Source of the DNA: Tubiluchus corallicola
Lineage: Eukaryota; Animalia; Priapulida
Direction of reading: 5' to 3'
DNA length: 64,000 nt
Assembly (NCBI GenBank): GCA_030141605.1
Contig: JAQGDQ010000006.1
Coordinates: forward strand, 496,001-560,000
In this document: piece by piece, positions 1-13,623 of the stretch
Position numbering within the stretch: position 1 is the first letter of the stretch
Layout: every line of letters begins with the position of its first letter
Translations under genes and position numbers: made by a program
Notes under the pieces: generated by a model
The model's database searches: none
What the model saw: only the letters and a program-made list of their open reading frames with translations
What the model was told of the DNA's origin: nothing

Positions 1-405
1 CCTAAATTTTAAATTTGAGCACAACATAAAAAAATAAAGCAAATAATTTAACTAACTGATTTCGCACTAGTAATTAAATTAGGACGTCTTGACGATGTTT
101 TTCAAACTACATCATTCAGTTAACACTAGTGACAGGGCAGAAATCCACTGCATGAGACACAAGACAGTAATTTAGAAAAGAACTTCAGATCTCATATCCA
201 CACAGTTTCAAGCACCTTGAAATATAGCACTGTGCCTCTAACATCAACCGCATCAACAAATCATATTTGCATAGTTCGCTTAAATGGCACATTGACGAAT
301 AATGATTGTGTGAGGTTTGAGTTTGCATGTCAGGCCAAAGCTAAAAAGGTAACATTGTAAACACCTTTCACAATCATAAGTGAACGCTAGCATTAAAGAA
401 GTCAC

Positions 406-3400
406 CTTTCTCAGTTAAATCTGCCTCTCTCTGCAATTCCTTCTCCAGCTCCAATCGATCCTCTACTGGTATTTCATGATCAAATTCATCTTCAAATATT
501 GCTTTTGTTACCAAATTTCTTGTAAAAAGCTGAAGCACAGATAATAAATGAAAGATGAAACCACCATAGTACGTATATTACAAATAATCCGAATGGAAAT
601 TGCTATAAGAAGCAAGGTCAAAGTAATACTAACAAGGGTTAATTTCGTGATTACAACTATAACTCACATCATTTTTTTAAATGAACACAATTTGTGAAAA
701 AAATGCTTTCAAATCACAATAATAAAATTACCCCCCTCCCGTTATTCAAAGACACTCCAAGCAACAATATATGTATAAAAAACACAACAGCACATTATAA
801 AACCCCACTTTAGTTTGTCGCTTTTATATTTATGAATACATAACATCCATACCATGTAATGCATGCAATGTAAATACAGGAATATCAGCATATTTTAATG
901 CAAATTAATAATTGTTGCCCAAATGAATGCAGTAAGTGTTGGATAATATTATTAATATATGTCAGGCTTAATCAGAACAAGATGCAGGAATTCTTGAAAA
1001 CAAATAACAAGTCTTGGAATTGCAGAGATGTATAATAAAATCAGATCTTTCAAAAAGTATATGTTTTCATATAGGGAGTGTTATTGCACTGATAAGTGTT
1101 CTCAGGTTTTTAAGCAGTTCTCATAAACCTTTTTTTCTTATTAAAATTAATTACCTTTGCCAAAGCTCTGGAATGTAATGCCCGACCAGGCAGAGCAAAC
1201 AGCTTCTCCACACCACCAGTTTCTTTCCAATGCATTAACTTCTTGGTGGGTGGTGCAAGATCAAGGGTTGTAACAATATCTGATGTATCAGACAACTGTG
1301 CTCGCATATCATCACCATCAATCCCTTTAATTTCATCAATAACAAGTTTTCTTTTCCGTTTTACACGTACTCTTTCATTGCCTGCAACAGAATAAAAAAC
1401 TGTACACCACAAAATGAAATAAAATAAGAGAAACTACACTTCTAAAAATGTCACCTACATGCCCAGTTGAAAACTGCACATGCGTAATATTAAATTCTTA
1501 TTCAATATTGATTAGCTCTACTGCAGAGTCACAAATTATTTGTGATCAAAGCTATCAATTTATGAAAAAATGTCTAATTAAAAGGCTAGCAATTAGCTCA
1601 TAAGCTAATTAGCAAAACTGTTATAACTAATCTAGCGAAAGATTCATATACCACACTGTTTTACTATAAAATACTTACAAGCATTTATAGTGGCTTATGC
1701 TAAATAAAAAAGTTAAACTTTGCTATACCAAGAACATTAGTTGCATCAAGAGGTTCCAAAGTAAAGGCTTCTTCTTCATTCTGAATAAGGGTAGTTTGAT
1801 CTCCTTGTTCATGTTCTTCAGCTTGTGCTCCACCAGTTTCACGTACCATTCCACTGCGATCCCCAAATGGAATTTGTGTTTGTGCTTGAGGTGGTGGAGG
1901 CACAAAGGGCTGTGTTGAAGGGCCAGGTCTACTGGAGTCATCATCGTGTGCAGCAGCTAAATTAAAAAAAGAAAATGCAAAATGAGGTGTAATTTTATTT
2001 CCGATAATTATCCATAAGGATGAAAGACATAATTGTAAACAAAGTTTACATCGTTTTTAAAAATTCGTTGTATCTTTAAATATACAATAAATAGTTAAAA
2101 AACAAAAATAATATTACTGATAAATGACTAGCATTTCAGCAATTAACCCCATTATATTTCTCTAGCATTTGACTATTATATAACTACTACTACATTTATT
2201 TAAAAAATTATTAAAAAAATAAGAGAAATGACGCACTTAATAGTTTGCAATACTCACATAGAGGCTCATAATCATCACCATCAGATTCAAAACCTCCTCC
2301 TATGTCGCCACCGTCATCAGAACTCATACCATCTCCATGTGCCAACCGATTGTCTTCCATAGGTGCATCATCGAAGAGACCAGCTCCTTCTTCCATGAAG
2401 TTGGCATCACCTGAAATAAAAGTCAAACAATGCAATGCAAGACTCGCTGTATACAGCATCCGTTATATATCATCACTTAATAATCAGAAATAAAATCATT
2501 TTCCATAGTGTTCAACACTTTATGATATGAATAGATAATCAAAAGAAAGGCACACTACTATGCAAGACACTCTTCAAAAACTCCTTAAAGCTATTCAACA
2601 TGGCATTTCTTTATAAGTGCTCTCCAGGTTACAGTCACTTTCTCACCATGAGCTGAACAACTAAATCAATGACAGTATGGATAACAAATATTATAGTATC
2701 ACTGCAACTGGAACATAGCCATTCTATGCATACATTACTCCCTTAATAAGTCGCAAATCAAACCTGCAAGTCTTCCTAGCAGTGACCAATCTATTTACCC
2801 TTCTGACATGCATTGTTTAACTTATAGTTGATTACATTAATATGACCACTCTGCTAAGCACCCTCATTTTGAATATGCTTTATTTAAATGAAATAAAAAA
2901 GCAAAACAGTGAGGCTATTACTGAGCAAGATTTTCATTATCCTGTCGAAGTTTTGATTAACTGTTGAAGCTGTGTTCCTTTTTTGTATACTACATACCAA
3001 GTAAACCCTCTCCTACAGCACCACCAAAACCATCATCTTGCAAAGGCTTGTCATAATCCATTTCCATTTGCTTATCCAAGGACACCTCACCATCCTTTTT
3101 GTGAGATTCTTCAAGCAGAAGATTTGACCCATCTGAAGGGTGCATCAACGGCTCATCAAGGCTTGGTCCTTCTCTGAGCATTTCTCTTTCATCAAATCCC
3201 ATGTCACCTAAATAGAAAGCAGTTGAAAGCTCTGAAACAATCAACTATAATAGCCTGTTACTATAAACAGAGTATCTCAACACACGATAATCATATGCAA
3301 TAAAATCTGTTTGAAATAACAAAATGAGACGTACTCTAATTCAACAAAAATGCTTAGGAAAAGAAATGCTGCACCATCAAACATGAATAATATGTGGCAA

Positions 3401-5236
3401 ATTAGTGAGAAAAACTATTTTTCATCAATTTATTTTTGTCTTGCCCATCCTTGTACTATGTGCATACAAAGGCAGAATTGTAACCATTCACAAAATGCGA
3501 AAAAAGGGTTGCACATTTTTCCATGGATTTGTAACAGACAGTTTTCTGAGTCAAACTGTTTACATTAATGATGGCCTCCAGTTCCCAAAAGTGAATCACA
3601 TGAGCCAGTTTTACAATCTCCATAATATCGCTCAAAATTGCTTACCAAAGCCATCATCGCCAACAAGCGTTATATTCCCATAATCCTCACGTATTGTTAT
3701 TTCCTCTGCCCTGCTTTGATTTAGGTTGAACTGTGGCTGCACATCAATATCCCTACAAGTTTTAAGAACCAGCAAAATGTAAGATTCAAGACAGGCAGAC
3801 AATTACACTAGGATCAATTAATACAACATGTTTGTAAAAAGTTGCGAGCAACTGAAAAATGTAGAACACAATTTTAATCTTTAACTTATTGTAAAATGAA
3901 CAGTGATTGGCAACAATAACATGGCAAAAATTAAGTACCTTTCTAGTTTAAAATTATAGGTCACTCCAATATATAGCACATAGTGTACTAGCTGCTACTA
4001 CAAATTGTACGATAAACCATCTCTGTTGGCTAAATTTGCTCAAAAACTTGCCATTACAACATCACAAGGACCAATCTGAATAGAGTGTATAAAAGCAAGA
4101 ACTATTAAAAACATAAAAATGTGCTTTCTCTTACGTCAAATCTGCCATTGTTGTGTCAAAGTCGTGGAATACCTCTGGAAGAGTAATTGTAGCCAAATTT
4201 GCTTCTCTGTTCTCTTCGGGTAAATCCACTGCACCGGGTCGAAAAGCCATTTTGATCTTAACAAAAGCTTCATTGCAATCGGCTAAAAGATATTTGGCTT
4301 TGCGAGAATAGATGCGTACTACTCCGAGCAGCAAGTGACCAGATGTACGCAAAGCCATTTTTACCTAAAAGAAAGACGCATTCGTGTTTACATGGAATGA
4401 CTTAAATAAAAACTGAAATAAATTTAATAGCTGAAGGAACAAATTGCAAAATCACTTAAACGTAATTACAACCTCATGTAATCATAACTTGATACAAAAC
4501 AGGTTTAGGCACTTCTGCATTTATCAAAATTATTGTAAATTAAAATAACTAATATAAATATTACTCTGGGTACATGTTAAAAATCATTTCAAGTCGCTGA
4601 TTTCTAGTATGATATTAGAACGTTTTAAAGCTAAGAGTTGAAATAACAGATCGCAAATTACATAGCTTTCAAAACCTTAGACAGAGGAGACACCGTTTCG
4701 ACATAGTAACATTGTTAAACGAGAAGAAACATACCAAATTCAAGCTCCGTGAAATGAACACAATATTGTTGGAACTACATAGGATTTCCTACAGATTGTG
4801 CTGTCGTCTGTCGAAATTCAAAATTATGTAATCTATATTTTAAACCAACTATAAATATTCCACTTGGTCTACATGAACATATTATTATTAAATTGTTTGT
4901 GACAACACAACAGATTTAAGGACTTTCTTGTGTATTAGTTTCATGGTGACATTGCTGTAAACATAGAAAAAGCATTAATAAATTCAATTCTGGTTCAGTT
5001 CGGAGCTTACTGACTAAATTACTTGTATTACAGTGCTGCGAAACATTTTTATAATTATTAATTTTGCAGTACGATCAAGAAAGACCGCATACCTTTGGCT
5101 CAATAATGCTGTCAACACTTTGCTCTAAGTTTGTCTCAAAAACATGTGCCTTAGTCAGCTTTTTGTCCCAATGTGCAGCTAACCAAACTCTGGCCAAAGG
5201 GCCCTTTTTGCTGAGAACAAAATGTGCGTAAAACAT
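406..5236 (-). CDS. RAD21: Double-strand-break repair protein RAD21 / Scc1 cohesin kleisin, N-terminal portion; gene continues beyond window start
   Basis: Coding exons (+ coordinates) 5093-5236, 4135-4364, 3646-3752, 2998-3207, 2258-2410, 1729-1956, 1155-1381, 406-529, all GT-AG with consistent phases. Translation begins [34 protein letters not shown]...[45 protein letters not shown] (Rad21/Rec8 N-terminal domain). Later [10 protein letters not shown] and [25 protein letters not shown] (Pds5/SA-binding region). Confidence 0.97.
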
Positions 5237-6315
5237 GGCGAAGAATTATCTTCTTTGTCTTCTTATCTGCAAGTTATTACAAAAGCCAAAAAAATCAGTT
5301 ATGCATAAAACTAACAGTCTAACAAAACAATAATGCCAGTAAATTATTAACACACTTCAACGTTTGCAATTTAACTTGCAAAATATGCCTGGTTTATTAA
5401 ACGACACAAATCATTAATGTTCCATAAATGTCACAGCCCAATTGCGACTAACGTGAGTATTGCTGTACAACCTGCTTTAGAGTACGTATGTACAATGTTG
5501 TCACCACTATGTGTAAGAAATAACATAACATGTCCAAAGATGCACAAGATTGCTTTACCTATCATAATTTGGAAACAAAGCAATCATAATTTGGATATCT
5601 ACTTCTAAATTTTGATCATCGTCAAAGTATTCCAGGTTTCGTTAAATGCTAAAAGAAATCAAACAGTTTTGTAAAAAAGTTCCTTGCTAGACTTCACGAA
5701 AAGATATGTGGCACGCCGGCATACAGCTACAATTTCCTTGAAACTTATATCCATTTCTGCTTTTTGAAAAATTCATCTTCTGTAAATGCATCACCAACTA
5801 AAAGTATTAAAAGAAGTATGAAGAATTGTTATTCGTGGGTACAAAATCTAGTAGGTTTTGGTAAACCGAATGTAACGAGTTTCATAATTTCTCATTCTGC
5901 GCTCACAAAATAAATCCAAAACAGTCAGAGTTTTCATTACTTTTAAATAGACTTTTCACTTCAGAATTCAGGTAGCATTTATGTCGTTTAGTTTCGGTGT
6001 CACTGTCTTCATAATAATTATTTTTAGGTTAGGGTTTTTGATGCAACACTAGTAACATTTGGCTTTACGAATATAAAACAGGAAATTCCTCTGGGATTCT
6101 CGGGATTTAAATAAACATAGAAACTTACATAAACCTAAATATTAAATTGTGCATCTTACGTCATGTATAATATACACATAGATAATGGAAGTTAGATGTG
6201 TGCCAAATAAAATTTTATATCGAAATGGTCTGGAGATGTAGCAATAGTTACAGAATTAGACCTTGAAATGATGACTGCCTTCTGTTTGAAAATCATGATT
6301 TTGGTTTTTTTTAGG

Positions 6316-6816
6316 TAGTAATGGGCATTTAATAGATAATCGAATTTATCAAAATTACAACCGTGTATAAATTGATATAATCGGCTATTTAACAGTAATT
6401 CAGTTAATCGAGATTAATCAAGAGCAAATACACATGTTACGCACAGACTAAGCGGCAGTGTTTTAGCAGAAATAAACGGAACTTTTGCATTTTTTCTACG
6501 TTTTTCTTGCCTTACACAATGCACACAATTGCAAACCACAGTGTTGTAAACTTCTTATTTGCTTTCACGTGACGTGTAGTTGACATAGTAATAGAGTAGT
6601 TAATAAATGTGCACGTCTATAAAAATAGTTTGCGAGTATGAAAATGGCAGACTGCGACGAAAGCCATGAAGAAGTTTATAGGCTACATTTTAGTCTGCAA
6701 TGTTTGAAAAATATGACTAAAACACTAAAAAATTGTTGCAAGAGATTAATTGTGATATCGAATTACAAGAACAATATTGTAATCGAATTACAAAATTTCA
6801 AAATCGCCCATCACCA
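6316..6816. mobile_element. Degenerate hAT-like MITE (~500 bp)
   Basis: Left end TAGTAATGGGCATTT versus right end AAATCGCCCATCACCA (imperfect TIR). Subterminal ATCGAATT/AATCG motifs at both ends. Flanks TTTTTAGG and TTATTATG match 6/8. Confidence 0.5.
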
Positions 6817-8160
6817 TTATTATGTATACTATCCATTGCTTGGTTGCCTTGAAAAAGCGTCTGACGTACACAGATTGTAACAACCCTCATCCAAACAGAT
6901 TTTTCAAGCTCAGTAGCTCCTGTACTTTTTTAGCTATTCATTTAAAGAATCTCAGCTTTTTAAAGGTACACATGACCTGTTCACCTGCTGATTTCACTGC
7001 TACGGCCATGCAAAGACATTGTAGAAAAGTTTAACAGCCGCGGGATTGGGGTTGCTTCGTAACAATGCTAACCAGCCAATCAGCATTCGAAGCCAGGTGC
7101 ATTCCATCATACCGTACTGTATAGTACGTTCTCATGCAAAATTGCTTGTTGATAGTTGGAAAAACGTGTTTAATCACTTGTTCTGCATTCTGATAAAATA
7201 ATTGCGTATTATGGATTTAGTAATATGACTTTTGTGTAAATTGGCTTATAAATATAAGTATGAGCTTATTCATATAGGTGTGTGCGCAGATATGTATGCA
7301 TGTGTATAAATAAAACTAATATTCAATATTAGTGTTTAATAACAAATGGCTATTTGTTTATTTAAAAGATTCTGTTTTAGTACCACACCACAAGAAGTTA
7401 TTTCCAAATGTGAAAAAGTCAATGCAGCCCTGTTAAAAAGCAGCTGCATAGCGAAAGGATTAATATTGTTAAACAGGACCATCAGAACATGAAGGCACTG
7501 TTACACTTTCGCACCTCCTGCTTTTTTCTGGCCTATTGTTTGTTTTTACGCGCCTGCAGGCCCTAAAACAGATCAAAAGTGTAATATGCACCATATTCCC
7601 ATAATATTATAGGTTTTTACGCGTTATAATTCCAGATTAAAATTATTACTTACTTACCGCCATCAAAAGGCAAGAAGCCCCACATGAATAAATGTGTTTA
7701 CGCACTAATGCGCAGTCACTATCACACAGTGACGTATGCAGCCCTTAACCTGTATTTTTAGTATCGTTACATTATTTATGATTATTATGAATTGCACCCA
7801 CGGGAGTTTGCGTCGCACAGGAGCCGGCAGGAGAATACACTGACGCACGTGCATCCACAGAATTTCTTAAGAAAAACTTTTTATGGCTAAATAAATTTTT
7901 TAGCAGTTTATCAATCCCTTGTTTGCTTGCGCAATCCCCGAGCAGTAAGTTAATTTCCATAGTGAAGTTATATTTATGTACGTCACTTAGACAGTGTCAA
8001 TTTCTTATCAATTTCCATTGTCTAGATATTTTTTACCTAACTGGAACTGCTCTTCTGCATTTAGGTGGGCCCAAAGGTTTCTTGTTCTTCTTTTTCATGT
8101 CCTTAATTGTTGTCTCTGTCTTTTTTAGGCGACTACAGTTAATTATCATTAATTTTATGG

Positions 8161-8400
8161 CAGTGACTAAAGGTACGGATCCGTATCCGAAACTGCAGCA
8201 ACTAAAAATACGAATCCATATCTCGAAAGCATTCACTAGAAAATACGGAACAATCCGTACGGCAAACGATATTAACGAGAAAATATTGATGAGAAATACG
8301 GCTCGCCATCAGAGAGGGGCAATATATCACTTTCTTGTTTATCCGCAACATCAAAATCCACAATTGTAAATATCCGGATACGCTAGATCTGCGGATTGAG
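8161..8400. repeat. Fragment of a repeat rich in GGATCCG/ATCCG motifs, probably an old DNA-transposon end
   Basis: Starts CAGTGACT and has clustered ATCCG/CGGAT motifs like the MITE at 32653-33312. No second end found. Confidence 0.35.
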
Positions 8401-9922
8401 TGAAATTGAATATCCTCATAAGTATTTATATTACGTAATCCCTAGATAGGACACGCGGTGAATGCGCGCAACACTCCGTCATATTACGGTGAGCGAGTCA
8501 TGCTTTATTACTGTAGCGTAAACATAGTGTCTGCCTATTTTTGGTATGAAAGAATCGTTTAGTATACGAAAAACAACAGGATTAGATTAAAAAAACTTTT
8601 TTCTTATATTATGCTGAACTTTTAATTTTTTCTGATATGAATGTATCTATATTGTCAATTAAATACATATGCGTCTTCCCTTCGTAACAGTTTTATCTCA
8701 CTAATTAGCATTGTTAGTGTTGAACATTTAATAATGTAATAGATTACATAAGTTTTAGGGTACTTGTTTGAGGTAAGTTAATATTTCTACTGATAAAAAC
8801 CTTTAAAAAGAATGTGAATATCCTATTATTGTGCATGCCTGTTTTAATTTTTAATAACTATGAAATGTTTTTTTACTGGAGTTCTGCTGGTTTACATGTA
8901 GCTCTAACGAAATTGCAGCAACAGTGAACCATTGCCTGCATAGTGGCAAAATTATTAGAATTTAATTATTCAGTTAGAACATTTTTTACAAAATGCAAAA
9001 TTCTAAAAGATTATTTTTGAAGTATCAAAGTGCTTTACTGCATTACTAAATGAGCGTTCTACACTCACAGTGCACAATATTTTTTTGACAGGGTCATCAG
9101 TTAAAAACTCTTCAAACAAACACTTTATGTACAGCATAATTAAACACATAATTACAGCAATAAGTGGTCCTTACATTGGGGCAATAGACATTTGAGGCCT
9201 GTAAGTGGTCAAAATACATGTAGTTCAGTAAGGAGTTTTGTAACTGTTTTTCAGCATTACGGATACAAAATTTAGGTTTTAATTCACAAACAGAAATTAT
9301 TGCTTTCTAATCAGCGAGTTAACTAGTTTTCACAAATTAGCTTTATACGTTACAAATTATAAGTCACGGCCTATTCAATCCTTTAACTCCGAGGAATCTA
9401 AGAGAAAGTGAAGTAACTTGATGTTTTAACCCAATATAAAGTGGATTAATGTGACAATCGAATGTAATTATACTTATTGCAGCCTTCAGTTAAATGCAAA
9501 TTTGTAAAAAGGTCTTTTTATTTTTAATAGAAATGACGTATAAAACACTGCAAAAATTGAATTAGAATATGGCAGTCATTGATTGTAGTACAGCTGTAGT
9601 AAGCAAAATAATAAAATAACTAATTAATATGGGACCTGGCTCACATAAAGATGCTTTGAAATGTTAACAACAAACAAAATAATAGACCAAGTAAGTAATA
9701 GAGGCACGTTATAATATTTATAGCATAAATTATTTGGCACATGGTCAAATGCTGTATGTCGTAAAAATTGTCAAAATTATCACAAGATTATTGGAAACAT
9801 TCGCTGATGACGTGAGAATAACAGAGTAATGACCTGCGAACCTAGAAACGAGTAATAACCTAGAAAAATAGGAGATGCGGAAATGTAATAGCGCCGAACA
9901 TGAGAAATCCACTGAGAAAAAA

Positions 9923-10160
9923 CTTACAGTTACACGGAAAATGCAAGGTTTTCCCAATCGGCTGCCGGATTATCCTAAATTAAAAAATTTCATAAAACAA
10001 CAAGTCAGCGGTACAAAGCCCAATGACCTACTTGTTACTAGAATCTACCTGTAAAATATTCTCAAAACATTGTTGTACCCATCCGATCTCACATTGATTT
10101 AGAAATTCCAAACTTGAAAACAAAATGGCGTTGGCGCTTCTCTGCAAAACTGTCGACAAT
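9923..10160 (-). promoter_or_regulatory. Candidate RAD21 promoter / non-coding first exon
   Basis: Locally CpG-richer. YY1-like CGCCATTTT on the - strand near 10122-10130 and a - strand donor ACT|GTAAGT near 9923-9931. The RAD21 ATG exon has an acceptor 30 nt upstream of the ATG (exon begins 5266), so an upstream UTR exon is expected. An alternative candidate ends at 7658 (ATGGCG|GTAAGT). Confidence 0.3.
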
Positions 10161-10324
10161 AGAATTTCTGTTTAGTTTTGTTTGTTGCTTTAACTTTTGG
10201 TCAGGTCATAGATATAAAATATGCATGGCTGAACATCTCAAAAATTCTCAGTTTACATCATTTCCAGTCACTTTTCAATATTCACGGGGTCAGGAAGTCA
10301 AGGACTACTTGATAGATGTTTGAA

Positions 10325-10530
10325 AGGCATTGGTGCCCTAGAACAACCACAAGCACGAGCTGTTGATATGATTATAGGTCTTGAAGGATTTATCACACTC
10401 CCAGAAATTGGAAAAAACTTGACTTATTTCAGCTTTCCACCAGAAGACGCACGGGAAGACTTACTGAAATGTTTAAGATTATAAGGGCGTTTGCTGATGC
10501 TGACGCTGGCCAGTACTTTGTACATAGCAA
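10325..10530 (+). mobile_element. Decayed CR1/L2-type LINE ORF2 C-terminal fragment
   Basis: Frameshifted translation IGALEQPQARAVDMIIGL..DLSHSQKLEKLDLFS..RRRTGRLTEMFKIIRAF resembles the post-RT motif LE.VQRRATK.I.GL..LSY..RL..L.L.SL..RR.RGDLI..FKI of CR1-clade LINEs. Confidence 0.7.
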
Positions 10531-10739
10531 CATAACACATAGACAGTGCACTAAATAATACCGAGATAATACCGAAATTTATGGGCAACGTTTTTGTGGT
10601 AGCACCACTACTTTTTACTAGAGTAATTGCATTTGTAAAGATACTACATTTTACAATTCATTGACCAACACGCTCAAAGTGAAGCTGTCATAAAGGAGGT
10701 CTGCAAAAGCGACTCATATTTGCATACCCATGAAACAAT

Positions 10740-11640
10740 GTTGAAAAAATGAACCGAAAAAATAAACTGATATTCATTCATATTGAAGCAACTGAAAGTG
10801 AGCTGAAAGTGGGAAATTGCTCAATAGGAGTTAGTCTAATGTTATACAAGCTTCGTTCTGTGAGTGCCATGCTAAGTAGCACTGAAACTTGGTAAAATTT
10901 GACAACAACTGAAAGGGAGAAAGTAGAAAATCACTCAAGCAAGTGCCTTTAAAGCCTTGTTTAACCTCAGCGAATCTGTGCTATGTTAGGGATTAGTAGC
11001 TGAATTAAGCATACAGCCACTAAACATAAAGTAATTATGTGAGATTGATGTTTTCTAAGAATTTAATGATTAGTAAACCAAAGAGATTAACATCAGAGGT
11101 GTTGGAAATGCAAATAAACAATGCACATGAATGGTCGTGTTACAATGAAGTAGTTGAGGCCACAAGAAAATATAAAGTAGACACCGGTAAGAAAAATGTG
11201 AAGATCATGAAGAAGTCTGAATGGAAAAAAGAAATAAAGAGTAAGACTGAATGTTTCGTAAAGAGCGAATGAGCAAAAAAATGCAGGAAAAGTGCTTATT
11301 AAGATTTGTTAAAACATACTGAATAGAAACTACTAAGTTATATAGACACTTGCAAGCCAGAATGTGGTCAAAGATATTTTGAAAATAAGGCTCAATATGA
11401 TAAAAGTTAAAGGAAACTTCAAGAATAAGTTCAAGGATCAATTATTATGCTCAACCTGTAAGAAAGAAGGCACAACTGAACATTTGCTTAGCTGATATGG
11501 AGAGTGGAAAAAGATGAACTCAGATGTAATACTCAGCAGTGAAAAAGAAAAATTTTTAGAAGTCAGAAATCTAGTGAATGAATATATGGAATACAGGATA
11601 AAGGCAAATCAACACATTAAAATGGGAAAAAATAAGTAAA
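10740..11640 (+). mobile_element. Decayed non-LTR retrotransposon ORF2 3' part
   Basis: Broken reading SLMLYKLRSVSAMLSSTETW*NLTTTEREKVEN ... KIMKKSEWKKEIKSK (ORF 11039-11272) ... LCSTCKKEGTTEHLLS (C-terminal CxxC..H zinc-knuckle-like motif). Confidence 0.6.
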
Positions 11641-11759
11641 GATCAGCTTTACATTGAAATACGCTTTGCACCTTATTATATAGAATTTGCCCATCTTTCA
11701 TAGGTGGAGAGAGTTGAGCATCACAGTCACAATCGCAAATATATAGCCTCATTCCTGCT

Positions 11760-12240
11760 CTATCCAAAAAGGCACATACATATATAGCCCTCTATCTTTG
11801 CAATATACTTATTTATTATTCTTCCGACTTCTCACAACTTAATGCATGTTCTGTTGTATATTCCTGAATCCCTGCACTTAGGGCATAGTAAATTCTTCAC
11901 GTTTGTTTCCTTTGAAATTGCGTTTCAATTCTTTCATATTTAATTCAATTTCCATTATATTTACTATATCTGCCAGACCACACTTGCTGATATATTGTTG
12001 TTTCTCATATTTCTCACCATCAAATCTTAATTTTATTATTCTCTGTACTTTATCTTCCTGTAATATTTTTTATTTATAACTTTTTTTATTTCTTTTTTCC
12101 AAGTTGATTTTCTAATATCTCCATTTTTTATTTACTTAATCTTGTCTTTCTTCCATATTTATCTATGAGTTCACATATTTCTGAATACCAGCAATCGAGA
12201 AGGGACAGCTTTTCAAGATATCTTGCATTGACATTCTAAT
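11760..12240 (-). mobile_element. Second decayed LINE ORF2 3' end, opposite orientation
   Basis: Minus-strand reading NMKELKRNFKG..LLCPKCR..EYTTEHALSCEK, the same C-terminal motif class as at 11440-11500. Confidence 0.55.
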
Positions 12241-13623
12241 ACTGTGCGTCATGCTGTATGTCGTGCAGCAGTTTTAAAGCTTTACAGTTGTCAGAAGTTT
12301 AGTCTTTAGAGCCCTTGCTGGTATAAATTTTGTGGTATGTCAGTTTTTTCCAGGATTCAATAATGTTTTAGTGTCCGTATTAACGTTTAATAGTATTTAA
12401 CTCGCCAGGGTTTTGTACTGGCAGCAGGCTATAAAAAGACTCCACACTATTGAATTTGAGGACGTTACTAATAATGTAATATTGGGTCTTTGCTGTGACC
12501 GCTTGCAATGATGAGCTGTCATATGTTTTTGCGACGCATTCATACTTCAATTTAGGACCCTGCCAGTAGTCCAATATTTATTAGTATTTACTTATTTTAG
12601 TAGTTTGCTACCCTATCTCTCATTCAGTTTATTAATACATTAGTTAAACACGTTAGTTATGCCCACATTTTTGTACATTGCATTTTTTCCTGATAGGTTA
12701 AGAGAAAAACAAATTTGAATTGATTTGCTTTATCTGGCAACACCATCAGACTCTCTCACTGAACATTCTTCAATGCCAGATTTGCAGGAGTCTTGAAGTC
12801 TTGAATAAATTAATATACTTCTAAAAGTCTTTGACGACATACTAGGAGGGCACTTTTTGTAGAAACATTACAATAAAAAATTTTTCGTATGATTTCAATT
12901 TGTTCTGAGAATAACTCAACTGGAGCTGGTTATATCAATTAGGATTGTCACGAGAACATTACATGGAGTGTTTGAGTTTGCTGCACATCCTTATGTAGTG
13001 CTTCTTCGTGTACTGTGGCACATCTTACTGCCTTGAACTGTCCTGCTATCTTAAACTTCTTCACAAGTTGCATTCATTGCTAGTACATCATTCTCCCATT
13101 CTGTAATGCTGTGATTATGTGCTTCATAACATGCTTCAGTCGATGTAGATATTTTTTATTTCTGTTTGGTTGGTGATTGCATGCAACACCTATCCCAAAC
13201 GATTGTTACGGCGTCAAGTGCAAGCTTGTTATTTAATTTTATTAAAGCTACAACGCAAAGGACAAAATGTTAATTTAAAATTCTTATTATATATATTTAG
13301 TTCCATTAGTGTTTAAAGTTTATAGCTGTGTACCATTTTTACAAATTAATATAATTGTAAGGCATGCAAAATAGTTTTCAATAGTGTACTAAGGTAAATG
13401 AATTTAGAAGTTGTAGCAAAAGATTTTGCCAGTGTTAGATAAAATCTGGAAGACACAACCTCATAGCATGTGGCTAGTGATAATAATTTATAGTGAAAGG
13501 AAGTAGCATGAGCAATGTTTATTTTTGAATTGTCAATGCGACAAGCAAATTTTAGCTTTAATGACTGTCATTTTTTGCTGTAGGTAGGTCTGTTATTTTC
13601 TGCACTTACTTTCTTGTTGATCC

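Noticed and set aside
7923-8369. 148-aa ORF between RAD21 and ALDH8A1
   Set aside because: Starts at TTG, has no domain similarity I can recognise, and runs into a repeat fragment.
12900-13130. Possible mariner-like HTH remnant on the - strand (LVKKFK..G)
   Set aside because: Too short and too degraded; no TIRs found.
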